From positions 1 to 26,334 of the forward strand of contig LVZN01000024.1 of assembly GCA_001695645.1 (NCBI GenBank): DNA of 26,334 nucleotides, written 5' to 3'. Source of the DNA: Erysipelotrichaceae bacterium MTC7. Lineage in GTDB: Bacteria; Bacillota_I; Bacilli_A; Erysipelotrichales; Erysipelotrichaceae. The notes below the pieces were generated by a model. The model worked only from the letters and a program-made list of their open reading frames with translations, had not been told where the DNA came from and ran no database searches. Of this stretch, positions 8,499 through 17,038 are shown in pieces. The translations under genes were made by a program, and so were the position numbers. Numbering within the stretch: the first letter of the stretch is position 1; each line of letters starts with the position of its first letter.

Positions 8499-8913
8499 AG
8501 TTGTTGCGCTTTTATGTGTGTGTGGATTATTTCTTGTGGCTGGATGTCAAAAGAAAGAAAGCTATAGTTTTACCTATATTGGAGAAGAGCAAATTCTAGA
8601 AAAAGTAAATAATGGAGAAGATTTCCTATTGTTGATTACCTATGATGGAAGTAGTGCATGTCAGGAGTTCGAAGATTTAATCATCGATGACTTTAAAGAA
8701 AACAACATCGTCTTATATACGTTTAATGAAACAGATGTTAATGATACATTTGAAAACCAATTGGAACATACCTTATCAGGGTATGATAGTTGGCCTGTTC
8801 TTTTTCATGTTCGTGCAGGACAAGTAACGGAAAATGGAGTATATGAATACAGTAAGGAGCCTAATGAATGGAAGCAATGGTTAATATCACAAGGGATTCT
8901 GAGCGCAAACTAA
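8488..8913 (+). CDS. Lipoprotein, possibly thioredoxin-fold with SxxC in place of CxxC
   Basis: Lipobox signal peptide MRSKVVALLCVCGLFLVAGC. The pattern FLLLITYDGSSACQEFEDLI resembles a beta1 / active-site / alpha1 thioredoxin-like arrangement with a single Cys; the fold call is inference. The start overlaps the yutG end by 11 nt. Confidence 0.6.
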   Translation: MRSKVVALLCVCGLFLVAGCQKKESYSFTYIGEEQILEKVNNGEDFLLLITYDGSSACQEFEDLIIDDFKENNIVLYTFNETDVNDTFENQLEHTLSGYDSWPVLFHVRAGQVTENGVYEYSKEPNEWKQWLISQGILSAN

Positions 8914-9683
8914 TTGGTGAAAATGTGATTACCAAAGATGATTTAGTGGAACACTTTCGCTCGCTTGGATTACAAAAGGGAATGGTCGTCTATGTGCAAA
9001 GTGCCTTAGAATACTTTTCATATGTCGTTGGTGGTAACCGTAGTATCATTGAGGCTTTACAAGAGGTACTTGGTTATGAAGGAACCTTTATGACAAGTAG
9101 TTTTACCTTAGACAATGTGGATCCACTGACAAGGGACACAAGAGCGTGTAAACCGTATCAAGTAGAGGTATTACGTGAAGCAATGCCTGCGTTTCATAAA
9201 AAACTATCGCAATCAAGAAATCAACTAGCCAATCAAATGATTTTACATGATGGCGTGTATCGTAGCAATCACCCAACTCATTCGTTTGTGGCATGGGGAA
9301 AATATGCAAAACTGCTTTGCGATAAACAACTGTTGCACTTTCCGTTGCAATCAAATTCTCCGATTCAACGAATGGCGGATTTGAACGGATATGTATTATT
9401 GCTTGGTATGAAATACGAGGGTGCTGACATCTTTAAAGCAGCACGCATCAATGATGAAAACACACCCATTCGTATTGTCTCAAGTCCACTTGACCGCAAA
9501 GGGAAAAAAGGATTTATGCAAATGCTTGATTATGCATATGAACCAATCAACATTCAAGATATTGAGGATATTCTAGAAGAGCGTCAAATTGTGAATGAGA
9601 CTTTGATTTCACGAGCACGTTGTCGTTTCTTTAGTGCAAAAGAAGCACTAAGTTTATCAAAAGCTTATTTTTATTCAAAATAA
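8868..9683 (+). CDS. Aminoglycoside N3-acetyltransferase family (AAC(3)/YokD-like) protein
   Basis: ITKDDLVEHFRSLGLQKGMVVYVQSALEYFSYVVGGNRSIIEALQEVLGYEGTFM matches the N-terminal signature of the AAC(3) family. The start is uncertain (ATG 8868 or 8877, or GTG 8925); the first two overlap the upstream gene. Confidence 0.75.
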   Translation: MEAMVNITRDSERKLIGENVITKDDLVEHFRSLGLQKGMVVYVQSALEYFSYVVGGNRSIIEALQEVLGYEGTFMTSSFTLDNVDPLTRDTRACKPYQVEVLREAMPAFHKKLSQSRNQLANQMILHDGVYRSNHPTHSFVAWGKYAKLLCDKQLLHFPLQSNSPIQRMADLNGYVLLLGMKYEGADIFKAARINDENTPIRIVSSPLDRKGKKGFMQMLDYAYEPINIQDIEDILEERQIVNETLISRARCRFFSAKEALSLSKAYFYSK

Positions 9684-9727
9684 AACCAGGAAAGATAAAG
9701 TCATGTAACTTTACCATTCCTGGTTTT
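9683..9727. terminator. Bidirectional rho-independent terminator between convergent genes
   Basis: AAACCAGGAA (9683-9692) pairs with TTCCTGGTTT (9717-9726), and inner TAAAGT (9696-9701) pairs with ACTTTA (9708-9713). It has an A-run on the left and a T-run on the right, so it could serve both strands. Confidence 0.75.
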
Positions 9728-10180
9728 TTATAGTTTTGAAAGGTGATTGACAAGTAAATCAACAAATCCTTCAAACAGTTCTTTTTCCGTTTCTTGAAAG
9801 CGTGCAAAACTTGTAGAATCTACATCGAGTACACCATAGAGTGTATCATTAACAATGATAGGGACAACAATTTCCGAATTGGATGCACTATCACAAGCGA
9901 TGTGTCCAGGAAATTGGTGGACATCTTCAACAAGGAGTGTAACTCTTTCACTTGCGCTTGTTCCACAAACACCTTTACCCATTGCAATGTTGGTGCAGGC
10001 AACCTTTCCTTGAAAAGGTCCGAGGATTAAGTTGTCATGCTTGTATAAGTAAAAGCCGACCCAACTAATGTCATCAATCATTTGCATCATAAATGCACTG
10101 GCATTACTTAGTAAAGAGATGTCTTCAGAAATGTCTTCGATAATCGCGGCAAACTGTGCCAAAAGTAGTTTATTTTCCAT
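9728..10180 (-). CDS. msrC: GAF-domain free methionine-(R)-sulfoxide reductase (fRMsr/YebR-like)
   Basis: 150 aa. GKGVCGTSASERVTLLVEDVHQFPGHIACDSASNSEIVVPIIVNDTLYGVLDVDS closely follows the E. coli YebR/MsrC active-site region, including the conserved Cys residues. Confidence 0.85.
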   Translation of the reverse strand: MENKLLLAQFAAIIEDISEDISLLSNASAFMMQMIDDISWVGFYLYKHDNLILGPFQGKVACTNIAMGKGVCGTSASERVTLLVEDVHQFPGHIACDSASNSEIVVPIIVNDTLYGVLDVDSTSFARFQETEKELFEGFVDLLVNHLSKL

Positions 10181-10358
10181 GCTTGTATACTACAATAAAA
10201 ACGATCTCTTGTATAGAGAAGAATGTGCGTATGTATGTATAAGTTTTCATTCATTCATTTATGGAGTATAAATAGAAGTTTGTTGCGGGTAAGATCATTG
10301 AAGTAACCGTGAAATATGATGGTGTTAGTGGTATAATAAATCAGTTAGGAAGTGAAGT

Positions 10359-10913
10359 ATGTTACCAAAAGAAAATGAGTATGTATATATCCAAAGTTAT
10401 AAGCATGACGGTAGTATTCACCGTACATGGTCGAAAGCTTTTGTCATAGAAGCAAACGAAGAAAGAATTGTTGCAATCACAGACCGTGCCTATGTAGTAG
10501 AAGCAGATGGGCGTAAATGGTTAACACGTGAACCAGCGATTTGTTTTTTCTATCCTGATCACTGGTATAACGTGATTAGTATGATAAGAAAACACGGAGT
10601 CTTCTACTATTGCAACTTGGCAAGTCCAAGTATATACGATGGAGAAGCCATTAAGAATATCGATTACGATTTGGACATCAAAGTAAGTAATACTTACGAG
10701 CAAACCTTACTTGATGAAGACGAATATGAAGAACATGGTGCCAAGATGCACTATTCAGAAGAACTTGACCAAGTGATTTGGCAAGAACTTGCAGATTTAG
10801 AAGCGCGTATTCAACGCAAAGAATCACCGTTCGATCATCAAGAAATCGAACGTCTTTATAATAAGTATTTGATTATGAAGGAAGAATGGAGGAATAAACG
10901 TGTATCAGTTTAA
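10359..10913 (+). CDS. DUF402-family nucleoside tri/diphosphate phosphatase (UPF0374, Ntdp-like)
   Basis: 184 aa. YIQSYKHDGSIHRTWSKAFV ... WYNVISMIR ... YYCNLASP ... IDYDLDIKV is the typical Firmicute DUF402 pattern. Confidence 0.75.
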   Translation: MLPKENEYVYIQSYKHDGSIHRTWSKAFVIEANEERIVAITDRAYVVEADGRKWLTREPAICFFYPDHWYNVISMIRKHGVFYYCNLASPSIYDGEAIKNIDYDLDIKVSNTYEQTLLDEDEYEEHGAKMHYSEELDQVIWQELADLEARIQRKESPFDHQEIERLYNKYLIMKEEWRNKRVSV

Positions 10914-12090
10914 ACAAGTAGAACCTAGTGCACATGATGCATTTGTAAGCAAGCATCCACTATGCAATTTATTGCAATCATCATCATGGGCAAAAGTAAA
11001 AGAAAACTGGGATCACGCCATAGTCGGTGTGGAAGATCATGGAACATTAGTTGCCAGTGCGTTGGTGTTAATCAAACGTTTGCCTGGTGGACTTACGATG
11101 TTTTATATTCCGCGTGGACCCATCATGGATTATGAAAATGCACGTTTGGTGAAATACTTCATACAAGAATTGAAGAAATTTGCTAAAACGTATAAATGTG
11201 TCTTTATTAAAATGGATCCAGGAATTCATGTAAATGACTTTACGCTAGAGCAAGTAAATGAAGACCGTTACGATGTGACAACTATTATGGAAAATTTACG
11301 CGAAGCTGGTGCATTTCACCAAGGGTATCCAAAAACGATTGAAAGTGTCATTCAACCAAGATACCAAGCAAATGTATATGCTTGTGATGACTTTGAAGAA
11401 AAACTGCCAAAACATACAAAACGTTTAATTAAAGATGCGATCAAACACGATGTGGTCGTGCGTAAAGCTGGAATCGATGAAGTGGATAAGTTTAGTGATG
11501 TTGTGGCTTTGACCGAACAAAGAAAACAAGTGTCGCTACGTAACTATGATTACTTTAAAAAATTGATGGATATCTACAAAGATGATGCGTTTTTATATGT
11601 AGCAACGGTTGATATTGCAGCTTCAGTTGCCAAACTTACTGCAGAATTAGAAAGTATCAACAAAGAACTTGAAACAACAGATCCATCAAGTCGTAAGAAA
11701 TTGACACGTTTACATGATCGTAAAAATTCCTTAGAGAAATCATTGAAGGAATATGCAACGTTTGAAACAACAAACAAAGAACAAGTCATAGCAGGTGTGT
11801 TGTCGATCAAATATGGAAATACCATGGAAATGTTATATGCGGGAATGGACGATCGCTTTAAAAAGTTCATGCCGCAATATTACATTTACCCTGAACAAAT
11901 GAAAGAAGCATTTAGCCTTGGTTGTGCATGGTGCAACATGGGGGGAGTTGAAGGGGACTTTAACGATGGGTTAACCAAGTTCAAAAGCAACTTCAATCCA
12001 ACGATTAATGAGTTCATTGGGGAGTTCAATATTCCTGTGAACAAATTACTATACAAACCTGCACTTTGGGCATATAATGCTAGAAAATAA
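10900..12090 (+). CDS. FemAB-family peptidoglycan interpeptide-bridge aminoacyltransferase (FemX/MurM-like)
   Basis: 396 aa. GTG start with RBS GGAGG 7 nt upstream; overlaps the upstream gene by 14 nt. Motifs: LLQSSSWAKVK, FYIPRGP, a central coiled-coil insert (AASVAKLTAELESINKELETT...), then LYAGMDD...FMPQYYIY and KFKSNFNP. Confidence 0.85.
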   Translation: MYQFKQVEPSAHDAFVSKHPLCNLLQSSSWAKVKENWDHAIVGVEDHGTLVASALVLIKRLPGGLTMFYIPRGPIMDYENARLVKYFIQELKKFAKTYKCVFIKMDPGIHVNDFTLEQVNEDRYDVTTIMENLREAGAFHQGYPKTIESVIQPRYQANVYACDDFEEKLPKHTKRLIKDAIKHDVVVRKAGIDEVDKFSDVVALTEQRKQVSLRNYDYFKKLMDIYKDDAFLYVATVDIAASVAKLTAELESINKELETTDPSSRKKLTRLHDRKNSLEKSLKEYATFETTNKEQVIAGVLSIKYGNTMEMLYAGMDDRFKKFMPQYYIYPEQMKEAFSLGCAWCNMGGVEGDFNDGLTKFKSNFNPTINEFIGEFNIPVNKLLYKPALWAYNARK

Positions 12091-12101
12091 GAGGTAATGC
12101 G

Positions 12102-12542
12102 ATGAAACAAATTGTTATTTCATCACTGGAAGAAACAAACGAACTTGCACAAAAGATTGCTTCTTTATTGCAAGGAGATGGACTTCTTTGTTTATCTGGT
12201 GATTTAGGTGCAGGTAAAACAACATTCACCAAAGCTTTAGGAAAAGCATTGGGAATTGATGATGTGATTACTTCGCCAACCTTTAATATTCTAAAAATCT
12301 ATGAAGGAGACATTCCTTTATATCATATTGATGCGTATCGACTTGAAGGCTTAAGTCAAGACTTAGGTTTTGAAGAAGTCTTTGATGAAACTGGTGTTAA
12401 AGTTGTTGAGTGGTATGACTATATTGCGGATATCTTACCGAAAGAACGTTTGGAAATAAACATTGCGTTGGATAAAGATAATCGTGTATTTCAAATTCAG
12501 GCAATCGGTAAGAAATATGAAGACATGGAAGAGGTGCTGTAA
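12102..12542 (+). CDS. tsaE: tRNA t6A37 biosynthesis ATPase TsaE
   Basis: 146 aa. P-loop GDLGAGKTTFTKALGKALGI, SPTFNI, HIDAYRL. Confidence 0.9.
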   Translation: MKQIVISSLEETNELAQKIASLLQGDGLLCLSGDLGAGKTTFTKALGKALGIDDVITSPTFNILKIYEGDIPLYHIDAYRLEGLSQDLGFEEVFDETGVKVVEWYDYIADILPKERLEINIALDKDNRVFQIQAIGKKYEDMEEVL

Positions 12543-13123
12543 TGAAAACCTTATGTATGGATACAAGTCATCGTTACTTAAATCTTGTCTTGCTTGAAAA
12601 CGATGAAGTTGTTGCTAGTTTTAGTGAGTATGCATGGAAAAAACAAAGCGAAAGTATTTTTGTGGAATTAATTCAATTGATGGAAAGTGTAAACTGGCAA
12701 CCAGAAGATCTTGATGAAGTTGTGATCACCGTCGGTCCTGGTAGTTATACAGGTATACGGATTGCGATGAGTATTGCCAAAGTGTTTGCATCAAGTATGC
12801 ACAAAACCTTATATACGATTTCAACATTGCAACTCTATGCTGGACTTGATGATGTTCATGTTATTTTAGATGCAAGAAGTAACCGTGTGTACTACGGTCG
12901 TTATAAAGATGGAAAGATGTTGGAAGAAGGCATCAAATCTGTCGATGAAGTGAAAGATTTGGATGGTCAAGTTGTTGGTGATGCAAGTTTAATTGGTAGC
13001 CTAGACATCATTCCGGATTTTGTTGGTAACTTTAAAGCGTTACGTCCATTCTATCAAAAGGTGGACCATGTACATGCACTTGTGCCAACGTATTTAAAAG
13101 AAGAAAGTGCTTATCTCAAATGA
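12542..13123 (+). CDS. tsaB: tRNA t6A37 biosynthesis protein TsaB
   Basis: 193 aa. GPGSYTGIRIAMSIAK motif. Its start abuts the tsaE stop, and it ends on TGA in an ATGA overlap with rimI. Confidence 0.85.
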   Translation: MKTLCMDTSHRYLNLVLLENDEVVASFSEYAWKKQSESIFVELIQLMESVNWQPEDLDEVVITVGPGSYTGIRIAMSIAKVFASSMHKTLYTISTLQLYAGLDDVHVILDARSNRVYYGRYKDGKMLEEGIKSVDEVKDLDGQVVGDASLIGSLDIIPDFVGNFKALRPFYQKVDHVHALVPTYLKEESAYLK

Positions 13124-13560
13124 TAAAAAAGATGACATTAGCAGATTTACCAGCCGTATTAGCAATTGAAAATCAAGTGTTTAGTTCGCCTTATAATGAA
13201 GCTAACTACGCTTATGAGATTGAAGATAGTCCGGTTGCAAATCTATATGTATATATGCAAGATGAGAAAGTCATCGGATACATTGATTATTGGATTACAT
13301 TTGACAGTGCACAACTGTGCAAAGTTGCCGTACATCCTGATAAACAACATCAAGGTATTGGTGAACAATTAATGGAATACATGTTTGCACATCTTGATGA
13401 TGAAGTGGAACACGTGTTTCTTGAAGTACGCAACAGCAATAAAAACGCCATTTCCTTTTATGAGAAACTAGGCTTTATTGAAATTGACGTGCGTAAGAAT
13501 TATTATAAAGATCCCACAGAGGATGCCCGTATTATGGGAGTTATGTTAGTAGGTGAATAA
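13120..13560 (+). CDS. rimI: Ribosomal-protein-alanine N-acetyltransferase RimI (GNAT)
   Basis: 146 aa. GNAT acetyl-CoA motif VHPDKQHQGIGEQLMEY and NKNAISFYEKLGF. It sits in the conserved position between tsaB and tsaD. Confidence 0.85.
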   Translation: MIKKMTLADLPAVLAIENQVFSSPYNEANYAYEIEDSPVANLYVYMQDEKVIGYIDYWITFDSAQLCKVAVHPDKQHQGIGEQLMEYMFAHLDDEVEHVFLEVRNSNKNAISFYEKLGFIEIDVRKNYYKDPTEDARIMGVMLVGE

Positions 13561-13561
13561 G

Positions 13562-14578
13562 ATGAAAGATATCACAATATTAGCCATTGAATCTTCATGT
13601 GATGAAAGTGCTTGTGCCATTGTTAGAAATGGAAAAGACATACTAAGTAATGTTGTCGCAACACAAATTGAAGTACATGAAAAATTTGGTGGCGTCTTAC
13701 CAGAAGTTGCAAGTCGTTTACATGTTGAACAAATATCAGCGGTTATTGATGAGGCTGTTGAAAAGGCAGGAATATCGGTTGGAGATGTTGATGCGATTGC
13801 CTATACAAGAGGACCTGGGTTAATTGGTAGTCTACACGTGGGTGTACAAGCTGCTAAAACACTAGCTTGGGCTTATCACAAACCTTTGTTGCCAATTCAT
13901 CATATCAAGTCACACATCTTTGCCAACAACTTAATTACGGATTTAAAGTTTCCACTACTTGCGCTAGTCGTTAGTGGGGGACACTCTGAAATTGTATATA
14001 TGAAAGATGACAGTTCGTATGAGATTCTTGGGCAAACCCAAGATGATGCGATCGGTGAAGCTTATGATAAAGTAGCACGTGTCTTGCATCTAGGATATCC
14101 TGGAGGACCCAAGATCGATAAGCTAGCAAAAGGTGTAGAACCTTCATACAAATTGCCACAACCAAAAACCCAAGGTGCATTTGATTTAAGTTTTAGTGGC
14201 TTAAAAAGTGGAGTCTTACAATTTGTAGATCGTTGCAATCGCAAAGGTGAAAGCTATGATGATGCAACATTAGCTGCTAGTTTTCAAGAAACCGCACTAA
14301 ATGAAATTATGGACAAATTGTTAAAAGCAATTGATACGGTTGAAGTCAATCAAGTATTACTTGCTGGTGGAGTTGCAGCTAACTCACGACTTCGTGAAAA
14401 GATGGCTGAAGCATTTTCCAATCGCTCAGAAGAATTGATTCTTCCACCACTATGGGTATGTACAGACAATGCAGCAATGGTTGCTGTAGCTGGCTACTTT
14501 GCATATAAAAACAAAGAATTTGGTGACTTTAGTCAAAGTGCAAAACCATCATTGAAGGTGTTAGAAAGTCAAAAATAG
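13562..14578 (+). CDS. tsaD: tRNA N6-adenosine threonylcarbamoyltransferase TsaD
   Basis: I prefer the ATG at 13562 (RBS AGGTGA 6-7 nt upstream) to the GTG at 13553. Motifs: ILAIESSCDESA, PIHHIKSHI metal-binding His pair, SGGHSE, LAGGVAANSRLR. Confidence 0.9.
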   Translation: MKDITILAIESSCDESACAIVRNGKDILSNVVATQIEVHEKFGGVLPEVASRLHVEQISAVIDEAVEKAGISVGDVDAIAYTRGPGLIGSLHVGVQAAKTLAWAYHKPLLPIHHIKSHIFANNLITDLKFPLLALVVSGGHSEIVYMKDDSSYEILGQTQDDAIGEAYDKVARVLHLGYPGGPKIDKLAKGVEPSYKLPQPKTQGAFDLSFSGLKSGVLQFVDRCNRKGESYDDATLAASFQETALNEIMDKLLKAIDTVEVNQVLLAGGVAANSRLREKMAEAFSNRSEELILPPLWVCTDNAAMVAVAGYFAYKNKEFGDFSQSAKPSLKVLESQK

Positions 14579-14610
14579 TGATAGACACAAATGTGTTTAT
14601 CACTTTTTTT
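14578..14610. terminator. Bidirectional rho-independent terminator between tsaD and the convergent PRD regulator gene
   Basis: 11-bp stem GTGATAGACAC / GTGTTTATCAC (one G-T wobble) with a 4-nt loop. T7 follows on the plus strand (14604-14610), and an A5 run upstream (14571-14575) gives a T-run on the minus strand. Confidence 0.8.
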
Positions 14611-16528
14611 ATGGTTCATTAACATACGATACTAACAACTCAATAAACTGCTCAGCATTTTTTGCTTGTATGATTTGTTTTACATTTTCTGGTTCACTCA
14701 AGATCATAGTGATTGTATCAAATATTTCGTTGAAAATATACCGTTCATTTATATTGAAAGATAACATCATGACTAGATTTACAACTTTATCACCCCAAGT
14801 AATTCCAGAAGGTGAAATAAGAATGTTAATTCCTGTTTTCTTCGAAATCATTCGCATTGCATGAGGAATCGCAAATGAGTTAAAGGCTGTAGATGCCATG
14901 TTTTCTCGTGAGATTATCTGTTCCTCAAACGTTTCATCTACATAATCCAAACGCTCTGCCTTATTACAAAGATAATGAATGACTTCCTCACTTGTTTTTA
15001 AAGTGTTATTGGTTTCAAACATATCGTCAATGATAATGGATTGTAAATGTGATCTAAGAATAGATTGTTTTTTGCTAATTAGAATTTCATTTACTTTCGT
15101 ACGTATCGCAAAGCGGTCTTTTTCATTGAACATAAAACTAACCATTAAGGTTGGAATCGGTATGATGCCACTAATGGGGATGGTTGATATCACTAAATCG
15201 TACATATCATAGTTTTCGATTTCTGATTCACTTGTTACTACGTTTTTAATCAATATGTAGTTTGAGAACTCGGTGTGAATGGTATCTACAAGTTTTGAGT
15301 TCATATCATAATAATTTGGGCAGTAAAGCAATGCATTGATTTTGTTTTGAATTGCTTTTTGTGTTTCTAAAGCACTTCCTAAGTGAAATGCAATATATGC
15401 AATTTCATCTTCATTGATTTTGACATTCGTTGCTTCCTCAATACCACTCGCCATATAAATGGCAGCATCATAGATTAATGGACACGTATATTGAATTCCA
15501 GCAGCTAATGGATTTTTACTTGAGTAATTAAATTTTGCACGTACAAGTAAGTTGCGAATATGAAGTGCAAACCGCGTTAGAAATTCAGGCTCCTTAAGAT
15601 TGATATAGTAAAATGCATTTACACCATCCACCAGTGTATTGACCAAATCAAGTGTATCTTGTTCAATCAAATCTTCCAAGTTGGAATGGTTGATATTTTC
15701 TAAATCAATGGCATTTGCATGGGCAGCAATTAACAACGACAATTCATAAATTTCATTCTCATTATAAGTAATGCTAAATCTTTCTTCCAATCGGCCAGCA
15801 ATAATTTGAGCCAATCGATGTTCGTGTGGATGCTTCAGTGATGTTGCATCTTCACTTAACGTACTTGTATATTCACTTTGAATTCGATCAATCGCTATAG
15901 TGATATGCAAAACCAGATTGGTTAACGAATAATCATTAATAAAATACTTATACGTTTCGAAGGTCTGTATAACTGTAGCTTTTATAAAATCGATATCAAT
16001 GGAAGGAAAACCATCTTGTAATGACTTTAGATTTACAAAGTTTACACTAGACTCCTCATATAAGATACTACTTACCAGTTTACGCTTGTTTTTCTCGATT
16101 CCTTGCAAGGATAAATAATCATTTTTATTTTCTAATGATAAATCAAATTTTTGAACTTTTCGTTTCACTTTTTTTAGTTCATTTTTTAATGTCGACATAC
16201 TAATAAATAGATCTTCCGATAACGCATATGCATCTACAGAAGGTTCCTTGACTAGTTTGTTAATAATGTATGCGACACGGTCAATTTCAACTTCTTTCTC
16301 AATCGTTGCATCAGCGAGTAATTTTGTTGCTACCTCAGTAGAAATGCAGTATCCATTACGTGAGGACTCGATTACATTATTATGAGTTGCATTAAATTGG
16401 GCGATATATGTTTTAACACTTCGCGAAGATACATTAAGTGTCTGTGCTAAAGCACTTGCTTTTGTCCAACCGCTACCATCGAGTAATGCTTTTACTAATT
16501 GCGTTTCAATATTGTTCATTTTTTCCAT
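14609..16528 (-). CDS. PRD-domain transcriptional activator of the LicR/MtlR/ManR class (HTH - PRD - PRD - EIIB-like - EIIA-like)
   Basis: N-terminal HTH region (GWTKASALAQTLNVSSRSVKTYIAQFN), central PRD-type helical repeats (LVLHITIAIDRI..., IAFHLGSALE...) and a C-terminal EIIA(Mtl/Fru)-like segment with the AIPHAM histidine. The start is probably ATG 16528 (MEKMNN) or 16519. The track ORF extends to 16651, but that adds an implausible leader across the intergenic promoter region. Confidence 0.8.
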   Translation of the reverse strand: MEKMNNIETQLVKALLDGSGWTKASALAQTLNVSSRSVKTYIAQFNATHNNVIESSRNGYCISTEVATKLLADATIEKEVEIDRVAYIINKLVKEPSVDAYALSEDLFISMSTLKNELKKVKRKVQKFDLSLENKNDYLSLQGIEKNKRKLVSSILYEESSVNFVNLKSLQDGFPSIDIDFIKATVIQTFETYKYFINDYSLTNLVLHITIAIDRIQSEYTSTLSEDATSLKHPHEHRLAQIIAGRLEERFSITYNENEIYELSLLIAAHANAIDLENINHSNLEDLIEQDTLDLVNTLVDGVNAFYYINLKEPEFLTRFALHIRNLLVRAKFNYSSKNPLAAGIQYTCPLIYDAAIYMASGIEEATNVKINEDEIAYIAFHLGSALETQKAIQNKINALLYCPNYYDMNSKLVDTIHTEFSNYILIKNVVTSESEIENYDMYDLVISTIPISGIIPIPTLMVSFMFNEKDRFAIRTKVNEILISKKQSILRSHLQSIIIDDMFETNNTLKTSEEVIHYLCNKAERLDYVDETFEEQIISRENMASTAFNSFAIPHAMRMISKKTGINILISPSGITWGDKVVNLVMMLSFNINERYIFNEIFDTITMILSEPENVKQIIQAKNAEQFIELLVSYVNEP

Positions 16529-16572
16529 ATTTATATAGTATAGCAAATCAAGCAAAATGCAAAACATATTTA

Positions 16573-16617
16573 TGCACCATAAAAGTGAAAGCAATTGTTT
16601 GCACCAATAGAGTGAAA
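16573..16617. promoter_or_regulatory. Two direct repeats TGCACCAnnAnAGTGAAA (16573-16590 and 16600-16617): candidate operator for the PRD activator
   Basis: TGCACCATAAAAGTGAAA and TGCACCAATAGAGTGAAA match at 15 of 18 positions, spaced 27 bp start to start. The second copy ends 8 bp upstream of the putative -35 of the PTS operon. Confidence 0.45.
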
Positions 16618-16625
16618 AACTTGAG

Positions 16626-16654
16626 TTGAGAGAACTTTGATTATATTTCATAAT
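16626..16654 (+). promoter_or_regulatory. Candidate sigma-A promoter of the PTS/GH1 operon
   Basis: -35 TTGAGA (16626-16631), 17-nt spacer, -10 CATAAT (16649-16654); about 35 nt upstream of the EIIB ATG. Confidence 0.4.
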
Positions 16655-16688
16655 ACAAGTAGATAAACCGGTTGAAGGAGGAAATGTA

Positions 16689-17000
16689 ATGAAAAAATTA
16701 AATGTCTTACTCGTATGCGGGTCAGGAGCAAGTAGTGGATTTATGGCAGCAAATATTCGTAAAGCTGCTACTGCAAAAGGATTGGAAATTTCGATTACTG
16801 CGAGAGGTGAAAGTGAAATTGAAAACTATGTAGATGAAATTGATGCACTAATGGTTGGACCACACTTAGAGTACATCATGGATGAGGTGGATGAGTATGT
16901 TGGTGATGCGCCTGTAAAGGTTATCTTAATGAAAGCTGATTACTATTCAACACTAAATGGTGAAAAAGCATTAGATCATTTATTAGCGGAAATGAATTAA
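16689..17000 (+). CDS. PTS EIIB component, lactose/cellobiose family
   Basis: 103 aa with RBS GAAGGAGG. MKKLNVLLVCGSGASSGFMA contains the phosphorylatable Cys of the Lac/Cel-class EIIB. Confidence 0.9.
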   Translation: MKKLNVLLVCGSGASSGFMAANIRKAATAKGLEISITARGESEIENYVDEIDALMVGPHLEYIMDEVDEYVGDAPVKVILMKADYYSTLNGEKALDHLLAEMN

Positions 17001-17038
17001 TTTAGAAAAATTGAAAAGATTAGAAAAAGAGGGAAAAT

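Noticed and set aside
16596-16620. TTTGCACC... read as a sigma-54 (-24/-12) promoter element
   Set aside because: There is no GG-N10-GC geometry. The adjacent regulator also lacks an AAA+ sigma-54 activation domain, being a LicR/MtlR type and not a LevR type.
16529-16651. N-terminal 41-aa extension of the PRD regulator (MKYNQSSLNSSFSLYWCKQLLSLLWCINMFC...) implied by the 680-aa track ORF
   Set aside because: The extension is Cys/Leu/Trp-rich nonsense across the divergent promoter and operator region. The recognisable HTH domain begins right after MEKMNN (ATG 16528 or 16519).
16666-16673. Perfect palindrome AACCGGTT in the PTS operon 5' UTR as a cre (CcpA) site
   Set aside because: It does not fit the cre consensus (TGWAANCGNTNWCA) when aligned. 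An 8-bp palindrome is expected by chance many times in 26 kb.
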